Positions 49,583-60,448 of a DNA stretch of 64,000 nt are shown here, in pieces (positions within the stretch are counted from its first letter, which is position 1; the number at the start of each line of letters is the position of its first letter). Position numbers and translations under genes: made by a program. This stretch comes from an uncultured Thermoleophilia bacterium (GTDB lineage Bacteria; Actinomycetota; Thermoleophilia; Miltoncostaeales; Miltoncostaeaceae). Under the pieces are notes generated by a model. It was not told where the DNA came from and did not search any database. It worked only from the letters and a program-made list of their open reading frames with translations. The stretch lies in contig CAVSFF010000008.1 of assembly GCA_963727285.1 (NCBI GenBank), positions 6,857 to 70,856 on the forward strand, in the 5' to 3' direction.

Positions 49583-51022
49583 TCAATCGAGTCCCGCCGA
49601 TGCGATCGGCGTGTGCTCGCGCGCTGCCTCGAGGCGGCCCGAGAGCCCACCGGGGACCATCAGGTCGGCGGGCCGGGCGACACTGCAGACGATGGCATCG
49701 TCGTATGCGATCGGCTCGGGAAGTCCGCTACGGATCAGCACGAGCCGTGCCGAGGCGGTGTCGGTTCCCGGCAGCACGAGTAGCCGTCCGGTGGCGTGGC
49801 CGATGACCTGGTCGGTCATGCGCAGCTTTGGGGACCACCATTCGGGGGCGACGCGGTCCGGGACATCGATGATCGTGACGGCGTCGTTCGCGGACCGCCG
49901 TTCGGAACTGTCGAGCGCAAGGCGCGCCTGTTCGGCCCGGATGGTGCGAAGGATCCGCTCGGCCATCTCCGGCCAGCTGAAGCAGCTCGCCCATGCCCGG
50001 GTGCGATTCGACCAGTCGGCGGCCTGGCTCGGGTCCATCAGGTCCTCAAGCGCGGTGACGGCGCCGTCGGCCAGTCGCGACTCGTCGTCGACCAGCCAGC
50101 CGGTCTCTCCGTCCCGTACCGAGTCCCGAAGTCCGGGGCGGTGGATCGCCAACACGGGGATGCCGAGTGCGTTCGCTTCGATCACCGACAGCCCCCAGCC
50201 CTCGGCCGCGGACGCGTTGATGCTCATCCACGCGCTGGCCAGGAGGCGATCGCGGTCGACCGCGGGGAGCGCGCCATGGAACGTGACGGCGTCGCCGAGC
50301 CCGAGCTCAACGGCGCGCGACTCGAGTGCCGGGCGTCGATTGCCCTCGCCGACGATATGGAGCTCGACGTCCGCAAAACGGCGTCGAAGGGCGGGCATGA
50401 CCTCGAGGATCAGCTCGGTGCGCTTATGGGCGGTGAGGCGTCCGACGCAGACGATGCGCGGATGCGCGGCGCGTGTGCGGTCCGTGGCCGGGGCCCGGTC
50501 CAGACCCGGGGGCGCGATCGTGATCGGGCCGCTCAGCTGCAGCGCCTGACGGATCTCCTGGCGGGTGGACGGGGAGACCGCGACGATTGCGCGGCGTCCG
50601 TAGGCCATCCGGCTGGCCGGCCCTTCCAGGAACACCCCCAACCGGGCCAGCGGCTTCGGCAGTCCGGCGGCCATCTGGTTCTGATGGACGTGGTGGAGCA
50701 ACAGCACGACGGGCGTGCGTCGGCCGACCGCGAGCGGCGTAAAGAACGGGATGCCGTTTTGGGAGTCGATGATTGCCTGGATGTTGCGGCGACGCATCAC
50801 GAGCCACACGAGCGCCCACCCGTAGACGGTGTAGCGGCTGCCGCGCCGGATGATCCGGAACCCGGATCGCGACTCCTCATGTGGCTTGCCCGCCACGGCG
50901 GCCGTCAGATACACCACGCGGTATCCCCATCGTGCGTAGCAGGCGGCAAGGTTCTCGCAGACGACCTCGGCACCGCCGGCATCCGGGTGATCGAGGTCGC
51001 GCCAGTTGGTGATGATGAGCAT
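49583..51022 (-). CDS. GT4 family glycosyltransferase with uncharacterised C-terminal extension of about 110 aa
   Basis: MLIITNWRDLDHPDAGGAEV..., VGRLTAHKR, and the E-x7-E region AAEGWGLSVIEANALGIPVLA. Confidence 0.75.
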   Translation of the reverse strand: MLIITNWRDLDHPDAGGAEVVCENLAACYARWGYRVVYLTAAVAGKPHEESRSGFRIIRRGSRYTVYGWALVWLVMRRRNIQAIIDSQNGIPFFTPLAVGRRTPVVLLLHHVHQNQMAAGLPKPLARLGVFLEGPASRMAYGRRAIVAVSPSTRQEIRQALQLSGPITIAPPGLDRAPATDRTRAAHPRIVCVGRLTAHKRTELILEVMPALRRRFADVELHIVGEGNRRPALESRAVELGLGDAVTFHGALPAVDRDRLLASAWMSINASAAEGWGLSVIEANALGIPVLAIHRPGLRDSVRDGETGWLVDDESRLADGAVTALEDLMDPSQAADWSNRTRAWASCFSWPEMAERILRTIRAEQARLALDSSERRSANDAVTIIDVPDRVAPEWWSPKLRMTDQVIGHATGRLLVLPGTDTASARLVLIRSGLPEPIAYDDAIVCSVARPADLMVPGGLSGRLEAAREHTPIASAGLD

Positions 51023-51096
51023 CCGCCGGGCGGGACTCTGCGGGGACGGCGCCTCGGCGCGGTGCGCAGCGGTCCGGGTGCGAAACGGCAGCCGGA

Positions 51097-52077
51097 TCAA
51101 TGCGCTGCCTCGGCCGGCTGCCACCCGTGGACGCTGCGCCGGACGCGGCGAAGGTCGAGAAACGACTGCACACCGTCTGAGACGCCCCGAAACGATGATC
51201 CATCCTGGTCGTGCCACGGCACCGGCATCTCGATCAATCGGACACCGTCGACCCGCATCGCGCGGGCAAGGATTTCGAGGTCGAAGCTGAAGCCGTCGAT
51301 CTGGGTGTCGCGGAAGACCCGTCGCGCCACGTCCGCCCGGAAGAACTTGAACCCGCACTGCGTGTCGGCGACGTTGCCGCGAAGGCGAGCGGATGCCGCG
51401 CGGAACGCGCCGCCGCCGACACGCCGCGCCAGCGGCTGGCGTCGTTCGTAACTGGCACCGGCGCAGCGCCGCGAGCCGACCACGACATCCCATCCGGACC
51501 CCAGCAGGCTCATCGCCCACGGGAGGGCATCGGCCGGGACAGGAAGGTCGGCGTCGCAATAACCGACGTACTCACCGGTCGCGTGGGCGACTCCGGATCG
51601 GACGGCCGCACCCTTGCCGCGGGCCGAGCAGCTGATCACCGTGGCGGTGACACCGCTGCCCGCAATTGCGACGTCGGCGGCGGAGGCCGTCCCATCGACG
51701 CTGTTGTTGTCGACGACGATCAGATGGACGGGGAGGTCTCGGACAGAGATCACCTCGGCGAGCTCGGTGAGGGTCCTGCCGATGCGGTGCTCTTCGTTGT
51801 ACGCCGGGATGATCAGATCGAGCCGTCCCGTGATGGCGTGCGTCGTCGTCGGGCCGCGGCCGTGGCTTGCACTGCGTCGTGTGGGGAAGTGCAGGAGTCC
51901 GGGAGTATCGGGGCCGTCGTGCCCGGAATCTTCAGTCGGGTGGGAGACATGACGACGGTCGGGACCGCTGTCGAAGGCAATGGGGGAGCTCATTCGCTTC
52001 TCCGAGTCGCAGGAGTCGATATGGGGTGTGAGCGGGGGTCGTGTGAGGTGCCGCGGCTCCGATCGGGCGGGGTTCAT
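51097..52077 (-). CDS. GT2 polyprenyl/dolichyl-phosphate glycosyltransferase-like enzyme
   Basis: [35 protein letters not shown] (DxD), QCGFKFF and GFSFDLEIL, the typical DPM/DPG-synthase-like pattern. The start could be 51993. Confidence 0.8.
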   Translation of the reverse strand: MNPARSEPRHLTRPPLTPHIDSCDSEKRMSSPIAFDSGPDRRHVSHPTEDSGHDGPDTPGLLHFPTRRSASHGRGPTTTHAITGRLDLIIPAYNEEHRIGRTLTELAEVISVRDLPVHLIVVDNNSVDGTASAADVAIAGSGVTATVISCSARGKGAAVRSGVAHATGEYVGYCDADLPVPADALPWAMSLLGSGWDVVVGSRRCAGASYERRQPLARRVGGGAFRAASARLRGNVADTQCGFKFFRADVARRVFRDTQIDGFSFDLEILARAMRVDGVRLIEMPVPWHDQDGSSFRGVSDGVQSFLDLRRVRRSVHGWQPAEAAH

Positions 52078-52281
52078 ACGGTGGCCTCAGCCTGCCAGCG
52101 CCTGACCGTCCTCCGCATCCGCCCGAGGGAGGAGATCGCCCGACGCGGTTTGTGCGCACGGCCAAGATTCGGCAGCCCGCCAACTGCTCCGCGCGCGGTC
52201 GTCCGCGTGGCCGTGTCGGAGCGGAACACGGGTGCGGATACACTTCCGGCGAGATCGCAGTCTCGACCCGGGGGTGGAGCG

Positions 52282-53040
52282 ATGGCGGGGCAGGCAATCG
52301 GAGTGGACATCGGCGGGACCGGCATCAAGGGGGCTCCGGTCGACCTCGCCTCCGGCGAGCTCATCGGGGACCGTGTCCGGATCGAGACGCCGCGACCCGC
52401 GACGCCCGCCGCCGTCGCAGAGGTCGTCAACCGCGTCATCGACCAGATCGGCTCCGACGGTCCCGTCGGTCTGACGCTGCCGGCGGTCATCCGCGGCAAC
52501 GTGGTGCACACCGCCGCCAACATCGACCCCGGGTGGATCGGGGTCGATGCCGTCGAGCTGTTCGGGAGGAGTACCGGCCGCCGCGTGGGCGCGGTCAACG
52601 ACGCGGACGCCGCCGGCCTGGCCGAGATGCGCTACGGCGCAGGAAAGGACAACGCGGGCGTGGTGATCATGATCACCCTCGGCACGGGAATCGGCAGCGC
52701 GGTCTTTGTCGGTGGCACCCTGGTTCCGAATTCAGAGCTCGGGCATCTCCCGCTGCGGGACGGCGACGCCGAGGAATGGGCCGCCGAGTCCGTGCGGGAG
52801 AGCGAGGATCTGTCGTGGAAGAAATGGTCCCACCGCCTCCAGACCTATCTGGAGCTCGTCGATCGGCTGTTCTGGCCCGACCTGATCATCATCGGGGGCG
52901 GGGTGAGTAAGAAGTCCGAGAAGTTCCTGCCGCACATCGACGTGGCCGCCGACATTGTCCCGGCGACGATGTTCAACAACGCCGGGATCGTCGGGGCCGC
53001 GCTGTTCGCGCCACACACCGACGACGGCGGGGCAGGCTGA
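52282..53040 (+). CDS. ppgK: Polyphosphate glucokinase (ROK family)
   Basis: [37 protein letters not shown]...[11 protein letters not shown]...[12 protein letters not shown]...ELGHL. Confidence 0.85.
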   Translation: MAGQAIGVDIGGTGIKGAPVDLASGELIGDRVRIETPRPATPAAVAEVVNRVIDQIGSDGPVGLTLPAVIRGNVVHTAANIDPGWIGVDAVELFGRSTGRRVGAVNDADAAGLAEMRYGAGKDNAGVVIMITLGTGIGSAVFVGGTLVPNSELGHLPLRDGDAEEWAAESVRESEDLSWKKWSHRLQTYLELVDRLFWPDLIIIGGGVSKKSEKFLPHIDVAADIVPATMFNNAGIVGAALFAPHTDDGGAG

Positions 53041-53099
53041 TCCAGACCCGGGTCGACGCCCCGGCCTCTGACCGCTCCCCTAAAGCGTAGGGTTGTCGA

Positions 53100-53609
53100 A
53101 TGCTCCTCAAGGCCCCCGGGCTTCCCCATCTCGCCGGCGCCCTGCTGCTGGCGGCAGTCATCGCCTCCGGCTGCGGCGGGTCGTCGTCAAGTTCTTCGGC
53201 CTCGTCCGCCGCCTCGCCGAGTTCGACCACCCTGACGGGTGGTACGACAACCGCGCCCGCCCATGCCATGTCGTCGCCGGCTGGTGTCGTGGCCGCCATC
53301 AACGGCGGCGGACTCGGCTGTGCCGCGACGCGGACGGAATCGCTCCCGAGCCCGGCGGGCCAGGCGAGTATCGCGATCTGCACCACGTTGGACGGGCAGA
53401 TTCGCGTTTACATGTTCAAGACCCAAGCCGGCGTGACGTACCTCAACGGCCTGTTCAAGTCGATCGCATGCACGAAATCGACCTCCGGCGCCAAGCGCAC
53501 CGTCTACTTCGTCGAGCACGGGCTCTGGGTTGCCCAGGTACCGTCGGCGGCCGATCAGGGCGCGGTCGCCAAAGCCACCGGCGGCGTGGCCCGGACCGAC
53601 CGCTGCTGA
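53100..53609 (+). CDS. Hypothetical lipoprotein
   Basis: Signal plus lipobox [11 protein letters not shown], a Ser-rich linker, then a Cys-containing globular part. Confidence 0.55.
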   Translation: MLLKAPGLPHLAGALLLAAVIASGCGGSSSSSSASSAASPSSTTLTGGTTTAPAHAMSSPAGVVAAINGGGLGCAATRTESLPSPAGQASIAICTTLDGQIRVYMFKTQAGVTYLNGLFKSIACTKSTSGAKRTVYFVEHGLWVAQVPSAADQGAVAKATGGVARTDRC

Positions 53610-53720
53610 CCGACTGACCCCCGGGGCCGCTGCACCGGGATGTGGTGATGCGGTCCGCGGAACGTCAATGGGGGTCTCGGCGACGTCCCCGTCGGCCCGG
53701 ACCGCCCGCCCCGCACCCCG

Positions 53721-54413
53721 CTACTCGTGGTCGAGGATCGTGTCGTGGCCGGCGGGCCCCGAGCGGGCCGCCATGTCGGCGAGCCGGACCGCATGCCGGA
53801 CCAACTCGTCGTGATCCAGGGCCATCGTGAACTCGCACCCCTCGGTGAACGGGTCTTCGGGGGTGAAGTCGACGAGCCTCGCGCCGAGCGCCGCGCACCC
53901 TCCGGAGGTCAGGGCCCGGTGTAGCCCGCAAACGATGTGTCCATTCCGGGTCCGCACCACGTCATGGACCGGGCACGCCGTCAGCCGCACGCGAGTGAGC
54001 CCCTCGCGCACGTCGGCGTTGGTCGTGCATTCCCGTGGGGCAAACCCCACCGACGCGGCCCGTGCCAACATCGCTTCCGGATACCGTCCTTGCGTCCGCG
54101 CCGCGCCAGTCTCGAATGCCACCCGCATGAGCCTGGCGGTGCTCTCCTCGTCGATCGTGGCGAAGTCGAGCAGCATGTCGATCAATTCAAACAGCGCCGA
54201 CGTGCGACCGTCGGTGAGTACGTATCGGTAATGGGGGCGTCCCGGACCCGGTCCGCGGACGAGTCCCGCCTGGACAGTCCCCGCGGCCGCGAGCACCCTC
54301 AGCCCGTCTCGGACCATCCCCTTGGAGAGCCCCGTCGCGTCGACGAGGTCGGCCACCGAGAGGCCGCTCTCGGAGTCACCGAGTGCCTTGATGATCTGGT
54401 ATTCGCGATCCAC
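53721..54413 (-). CDS. Winged-helix transcriptional regulator (ArsR-like) with Cys-containing C-terminal domain
   Basis: IIKALGDSESGLSVADLVDATGLSKGMVRDGLRVLAAAG (HTH), then LTACPVHDVV...IVCGLHRAL. The rest of the 654-aa ORF upstream is antisense to xfp and was discarded. The GTG start at 54413 is tentative. Confidence 0.6.
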   Translation of the reverse strand: MDREYQIIKALGDSESGLSVADLVDATGLSKGMVRDGLRVLAAAGTVQAGLVRGPGPGRPHYRYVLTDGRTSALFELIDMLLDFATIDEESTARLMRVAFETGAARTQGRYPEAMLARAASVGFAPRECTTNADVREGLTRVRLTACPVHDVVRTRNGHIVCGLHRALTSGGCAALGARLVDFTPEDPFTEGCEFTMALDHDELVRHAVRLADMAARSGPAGHDTILDHE

Positions 54414-54863
54414 GGACCGGCCTTCCAAGGCGGCACTGCGGCGGTTCTCCGACGGTACGCCCGGCCGCTGCCGTGGGTAACCATTGGTCCGGAACAACGG
54501 ACGTCGCCCTCGCGGCGTCGGGCACCCGTGACGCGGGTGGCGTTGCGCGCCGCGGGTGTGGTGTTGATGTCGTGACGGTGCGGGTAGGACACGGCCGTGA
54601 GCGGCGACCGCACCGTTGGGGGATCGCACGGGCGTCCGATGGCGGATCGCCGTCGGTTCACCGGGGCCCTGTCTTCGTGCGGCGGGCTGCCGTGACACAT
54701 CCGTGCAACGACGTGTATGGCGCCGCCGGTCGAGGCGTATCGTCAATCCGTCGATCGGGGCGCCGGACGCGTCGTCGTCCTTCGGGGCGAGGCGCACCGG
54801 CACAGTCAACGACGACGGAGCCGCCGAGTCGGCGCATCCGTCGGCAAGTTGGGAGCCGCTGCG

Positions 54864-57276
54864 ATGACCGATGAGTCGCGCATGCAAGACGCACGGCACC
54901 GGGATCCGGGCGCGACGCTCAGCCCAGTGGACCTCGGGCGGATCGATGCATACTGGCGCGCGGCGAACTATCTGTCGGTCGGACAGATCTACCTCATGGA
55001 CAACCCGCTGCTGCGCGAGCCGCTGCGACCGGCCGACGTCAAACCGCGACTGCTCGGGCATTGGGGGACGACTCCGGGAATCAACTTCATCTACGCCCAC
55101 GTCAACCGGGTAATCCGGAATCGCGGTGTGAACGCGATCTACGTCATGGGTCCCGGACACGGAGGACCCGCGGCGGTCGCCAACGCCTATCTCGAGGGCA
55201 CGTATTCCGAGACGTATCCGCACGTCGGGCGCGACGAGGCGGGCCTGCGCGCGTTGTTTCGGCAATTCTCGTTTCCGGGCGGGATCCCATCCCACGTGGC
55301 GCCCCAAACCCCCGGGTCGATTCACGAGGGGGGAGAGCTCGGCTATTCCCTGGCCCACGCCTACGGCGCGGTCTTCGACAATCCCGATCTGATCGCCTGC
55401 TGCATCGTCGGTGACGGCGAAGCGGAGACGGGGCCCCTTGCCACGGGCTGGCACTCGAACAAGTTCCTGGACCCGGTCGGCGACGGGGCCGTACTGCCGA
55501 TCCTGCACCTCAACGGGTACAAGATCGCCAGCCCCGCGGTGCTGGCCCGGATCGGCGACGAGGAGCTCACCGCGCTCTTGGAGGGGTACGGCCACACGGT
55601 GTATTGGGTCGACGGGGACGACTCCGCCGTCATGCACGAGCAGATGGCAGCGCGTTCTTGATCGGGCGATCACCGATATCGTCACGTTTCAGCACGCCGC
55701 CCGCGTGGACGGGTGCCGCGAGCGACCGCGATGGCCAATGATCGTGCTGCGCTCACCGAAAGGATGGACGGGGCCCAAGGTCGTCGATGGCATGCCGTCC
55801 GAGGGCACGTGGCGCGCACACCAGGTACCCCTGGCCGAGGTGCGAACGAATCCGTCCCATCTGGCTCAGCTCGAGGACTGGCTCCGCAGCTACCGTCCCG
55901 AGGAACTCTTCGACGCGCACGGCACCGTGCGTCCCGAACTCGCGGCACTCGCCCCGGAGGGGCACCGCCGGATGAGCGCGAACCCGCACGCCAACGGGGG
56001 CCTTCTGCTCAAGGACCTCGAGCTTCCCGACTTCCGCGGATTTGCGGTCGACGTGCCGGCGCCGGCGACGACGTTCGACGAGGCGACGCGCGTTCTCGGA
56101 GCATTCCTGTCCGAGGTCATCGTGCGCAACCGCGACCGGTTCCGCCTGTTCGGACCCGACGAGACCGCCTCAAACCGGCTGGGGCGCGTCTTCGACGTGA
56201 CGGACCGGGCGTGGGACGCGGATACCCGCGCAGGCGACGACCACCTCTCACCCGGTGGCCATGTGATGGAGATGCTCTCGGAGCACCAGTGCCAAGGATG
56301 GCTCGAGGGGTATCTGCTGACCGGCAGGCACGGTCTGTTCAACTGTTACGAGGCATTCGTCCACATCATCGACTCGATGTTCAATCAGCACGCGAAATGG
56401 CTGAAGGTCACGCGCGACATTCCGTGGCGGAGGGAGATCGCGTCGCTGAACTATCTGCTCAGCTCGCACGTATGGCGCCAGGACCACAATGGCTTCTCGC
56501 ACCAGGATCCGGGATTCATCGACCACGTCGTCAACAAGAAGGCGGAGATCATCCGGGCCTACTTGCCGCCGGATGCGAACTGCCTGCTGTCCGTGGCAGA
56601 CCATTGCCTGCGGAGCCGCAACTACGTGAACGTGATCGTGGCCGGGAAGCAGCCGGCCCTGAACTACCTGTCGATGGACGAGGCGGTGCTGCACTGTACG
56701 CGGGGGCTGGGGATTTGGGATTGGGCATCCAACGACGACGGCGATCCCGACGTCGTCATGGCGTGCTGCGGCGACGTCCCCACGCTGGAAACGCTTGCCG
56801 CGGTGGACGTCCTCCGGCGGGAGCTGCCGCAACTCAAGGTGCGGGTGGTCAATGTCGTCGACCTGATGCGGCTGGAGCCCGACAGCGAGCATCCCCACGG
56901 GCTGTCGCACGGCGACTTTGACACGGTCTTCACGACCGATCGTCCGGTCGTGTTCGCCTTCCACGGCTACCCGTGGCTGATCCACCGACTGACCTACCGC
57001 CGCACCAACCATCACAACATCCACGTGCGCGGGTTCAAAGAGGAGGGGACGACGACGACGCCGTTCGACATGGTCATGCTCAATGATCTCGACCGGTTTC
57101 ACCTCGTCATCGATGTCATCGATCGCGTTCCGGACCTCGGATCGCACGCCGCCGACCTCCGTCAGCGGATGGTCGACGAGCGCGTCCGATGCCGCGCCCA
57201 CACGCGCGCCGAAGGCGACGATCCACCGGACGTGCGCGAATGGACGTGGCCGCATCCACCGGGAGCTGCATGCTGA
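54864..57276 (+). pseudogene. xfp: Xylulose-5-phosphate/fructose-6-phosphate phosphoketolase; frame broken near 55645
   Basis: [55 protein letters not shown], then in the +1 frame [40 protein letters not shown] and [15 protein letters not shown]. Confidence 0.9.
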
Positions 57277-58379
57277 TTCTGGTGGTCAATGCGGGTTCCA
57301 GCAGTCTGAAGCTCGCACTCCTCGACGATCGCGACGATCTGCTGCGCACGATCAGCCTGCCGTCGCGCCACGGCCGCATCGAGGAGGGCGAGCTTCGGGC
57401 CGCGCTTGACGGTGCCGGACGGATCGACGCCGTCGGGCATCGCATCGTTCACGGCGGCAGCGAGTTCGTCGCACCCGTCGTGATCGACGATCGCGTCGTG
57501 TCCCGCCTTGCCGATCTGGTCGATCTCGCCCCCCTCCATCAGCCGAAATCGCTGCACGCGGTGGAGACGGCACGGCGGCTGATGCCCGATGTCCCGCACA
57601 TCGGATGTTTCGATACCGCATTTCACGCGCATCTCCCCGCCGCTGCGGCGACCTATGCCCTGCCGCGCGAGTGGCGCGAACGATGGGACATCCGTCGCTT
57701 CGGGTTCCACGGACTGTCCCATGCCTACGTCTCGCGCCGCGCCGCGGATCTGATGGGCCGACCGGTCGACGCGCTGAAGATCGTCACTTGTCATCTCGGC
57801 GCCGGTGCCTCGCTCGCAGCGGTCGACCGGGGGGTGTCCGTCGACACGACCATGGGATTCACCCCGCTGGAGGGGCTGGTCATGGCCACCCGTGCCGGGT
57901 CGGTCGATCCGGGCTTGATCCTGTGGCTCGAAGAGCATGTCGGCATGCCGCCATCGGAGTTGGCCGCCACGCTCGAGGACCGGTCGGGTCTGCTGGGACT
58001 CGCCGGCAGCGCCGACATGCAGGAGATCCTGGTGGCCGCCGGAGACGGCGGCGCCGATGCCCTGCTCGCCGTCGGCGTCTACGTGCATCGGCTTCGTGCC
58101 GGAATTGCCGCGATGGCGGCCGCGATGGATGGCCTCGACGCGCTGGTGTTCACCGGCGGCGTCGGCGAGAACGCTCCGGAAATTCGCGCCCGCGCCGCCG
58201 CCGGCCTGCGCTTCCTGGGGGTCGGGATCGACGCGGTGCGGAACAGCGGCACGGAGCTTGACGCCGAGATCGGCGCGTCCGGGGTTGGGGTTCGGTCGTT
58301 TGCCATCCGCACCCGCGAAGACCTCCAGATCGCCCGCGACGTGCGCCGCGCGCTCTCGGACGCCGACGGGCGGGCCTAG
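57270..58379 (+). CDS. ackA: Acetate kinase
   Basis: [49 protein letters not shown] and FTGGVGEN. It overlaps the xfp stop by 7 nt. Confidence 0.9.
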   Translation: MLILVVNAGSSSLKLALLDDRDDLLRTISLPSRHGRIEEGELRAALDGAGRIDAVGHRIVHGGSEFVAPVVIDDRVVSRLADLVDLAPLHQPKSLHAVETARRLMPDVPHIGCFDTAFHAHLPAAAATYALPREWRERWDIRRFGFHGLSHAYVSRRAADLMGRPVDALKIVTCHLGAGASLAAVDRGVSVDTTMGFTPLEGLVMATRAGSVDPGLILWLEEHVGMPPSELAATLEDRSGLLGLAGSADMQEILVAAGDGGADALLAVGVYVHRLRAGIAAMAAAMDGLDALVFTGGVGENAPEIRARAAAGLRFLGVGIDAVRNSGTELDAEIGASGVGVRSFAIRTREDLQIARDVRRALSDADGRA

Positions 58380-58616
58380 CCGGCGATCCCCGCGGCGGGC
58401 CCCCGCAACGATCGTCCGGACCGAGCATCGCGGGCGGGGGTGGCCGTCCTTTGGACCGTCAGAGGCGGTGGTCGTCCCCCCGCGGCAACCGCGCTCCCTG
58501 CGGTTGCCGCGGGCCCGACACCCGATAACAGGCTGATCGAGCGTCGGCCGGGACAGTTGGCGGTGCACTGCGGCGTGGGCCGCAGATATGCGCCGGCGAT
58601 GTTGGTGGGGGCGGCG

Positions 58617-60347
58617 TCATTCGAAGGCACCCAGGTGGCCAAGCCCTTGGATGAACGCTCCGGATTCCCAGAGGTCGACGAGGGTGAGGACGACGAGCGG
58701 ACAGAACTGGGTCCCGGCGAGGGCCGTGCACTGCGAGAGGGCGTCCGCGGCCGGAAGCGGATCGCGGTACGGGCGACCCGCGGTCATCGAATCCCACGAG
58801 TCGGCCAGGCCGAGAATGCGCGCGCCGTCGGGAATCAGGTCCCCGGACAGGCCATCGGGGTACCCCTGCCCGTCGAGACGCTCCTGGTGGTGACGCACCC
58901 ACAGCACCTGCTCGTCATCCAGGATTCCGGCAATGATCTGCGCACCGATCTCCGCGTGAGTCCGCGCGATGCGGTACTCGTCGGGCGTGAGCGCTGTCGT
59001 CTTCAACAGGATCTCGTCGGGAACCCCGACCTTGCCGACGTCGTGCAGTAGCGCCGCTTCGCGGAGACGCACCTCGCTCGAGGTCGACCACCCCAGTCGC
59101 CGCGCCAGGTGCCCGGCCAGGTCGGCGACCCGGCGCGAGTGTTCGAACATGCTGGGATCTCTGGCATCGACGGCGCGCGACATGGCATAGACGGTGCCGA
59201 TGTCGTCGGAGCGCCCGGACGGTCGAGGCTCTGGGGCAGCCGGTCTCCCATGCGGCCGCGGGTCCACGTACTCGCCGGTGGCATTGCCCGGGAGCGATCG
59301 GGCACGGCCGAGGGCATCGGCTGCCGCCGCCATGAGTGCGTCCCCGTCGCGGACGTGTCCGGCGTCGCAGATCCCAATCGAGACACTGACGCCCTCCGGC
59401 AATTGCTCCCGGGCGATCTCGGCGCGCAGGCGGTCCGTCGCAACGCGTCCACCCTCCAACTCGCAGTACGGCAACAGCCACCCGAACACGTCACCATCGA
59501 GTCGTCCGAGGATGTCACCGCCACGCGCTGCGCGGCCAAGCCGTCGCGAGACGCGTCGGAGCACACGGTCGAAATCGTCGCCGTCGGGCGCCCCGTCGGT
59601 CGATGTCCGCCCGTTGACCGACACTTCGACCAACGTCAGCGCGTGGCTGTGGCGTCGGGACCGCACGGCCTCTTGGGTCACGCGCTCGCGGAAGAGGACC
59701 TCCGTCGGGAGTCCGGTCAGCACGTCGCGGGCATCACCGGTGAGCCGGGCGAGATCGACCGCGTTGATGACGACGGCGCCCACCAGCTCAGCGATGCCCG
59801 AGAGCAGGTCCGACGCGATTCCGTCGACCGTGCACGGTTCCTGCCAGGACACCGCGATGGCCCCCCAGATCCCGCAGGCGGTGGAGAGCGGGGCGGCAGC
59901 GGTCGCGGTGGCCATTCGCCGTGGTGCGGCGGGTGGTCCGTCGCGGTCGGGTGCCGAGTAGGTGGCCGACCAGCTTTCGCGTCCGCCGCGGGTCATCTGG
60001 GCGGGCGCACTCGCCCGACCGCGCGGCGCGCGCCCCCACTCACCGACGAGACGGGCATCGTCGCCGTCGAAGCGCCAGATGGCCGCCGACGCTCCGCCGA
60101 GCTCGGCGGCGACGATGCGCGTGGCTTCGCACGCGATCGCATGTGGATCGGATTCCGACAGCGCGAACGTCACCAATTGACGTACGACCCGATACTCATT
60201 GCACTCGGCGGGCACCACCGAGCGATCCCGCCCTGCAGATGCGGGGAGGTCGGCGAGGACCGTCGCGCCCAGGGCCCGAGGTCGGTCGCGGGGCTCGGCA
60301 ACAGCACGGGCGCCTGCGACATCCGATGTCTGACCAGACTCATGCAT
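58617..60347 (-). CDS. GAF - degenerate GGDEF - HD-GYP signalling protein (likely c-di-GMP phosphodiesterase)
   Basis: N-terminal GAF-like region. DVLTGLP...LGRLDGDVFGWLL has the GGDEF site replaced by DGDVF. HD-GYP: HSRRVADL, LLHDVGKVGVP and HHQERLDGQGYPDGL. Confidence 0.8.
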   Translation of the reverse strand: MHESGQTSDVAGARAVAEPRDRPRALGATVLADLPASAGRDRSVVPAECNEYRVVRQLVTFALSESDPHAIACEATRIVAAELGGASAAIWRFDGDDARLVGEWGRAPRGRASAPAQMTRGGRESWSATYSAPDRDGPPAAPRRMATATAAAPLSTACGIWGAIAVSWQEPCTVDGIASDLLSGIAELVGAVVINAVDLARLTGDARDVLTGLPTEVLFRERVTQEAVRSRRHSHALTLVEVSVNGRTSTDGAPDGDDFDRVLRRVSRRLGRAARGGDILGRLDGDVFGWLLPYCELEGGRVATDRLRAEIAREQLPEGVSVSIGICDAGHVRDGDALMAAAADALGRARSLPGNATGEYVDPRPHGRPAAPEPRPSGRSDDIGTVYAMSRAVDARDPSMFEHSRRVADLAGHLARRLGWSTSSEVRLREAALLHDVGKVGVPDEILLKTTALTPDEYRIARTHAEIGAQIIAGILDDEQVLWVRHHQERLDGQGYPDGLSGDLIPDGARILGLADSWDSMTAGRPYRDPLPAADALSQCTALAGTQFCPLVVLTLVDLWESGAFIQGLGHLGAFE

Positions 60348-60448
60348 CCCAGACGTCCCCGCGGTGTGGTTGTCCTTGCGTCTACAGATCAATGTCCGGA
60401 TCGACGCCAAACGTTTCCGGACCGCGCACCCCGGCGGGCTGGCGGTGA

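Noticed and set aside
54414-55685. Upstream 424 codons of the 654-aa minus ORF that ends at 53721
   Set aside because: Only the last 230 codons or so look like a protein (HTH regulator). The remainder is antisense to the well-supported xfp gene.
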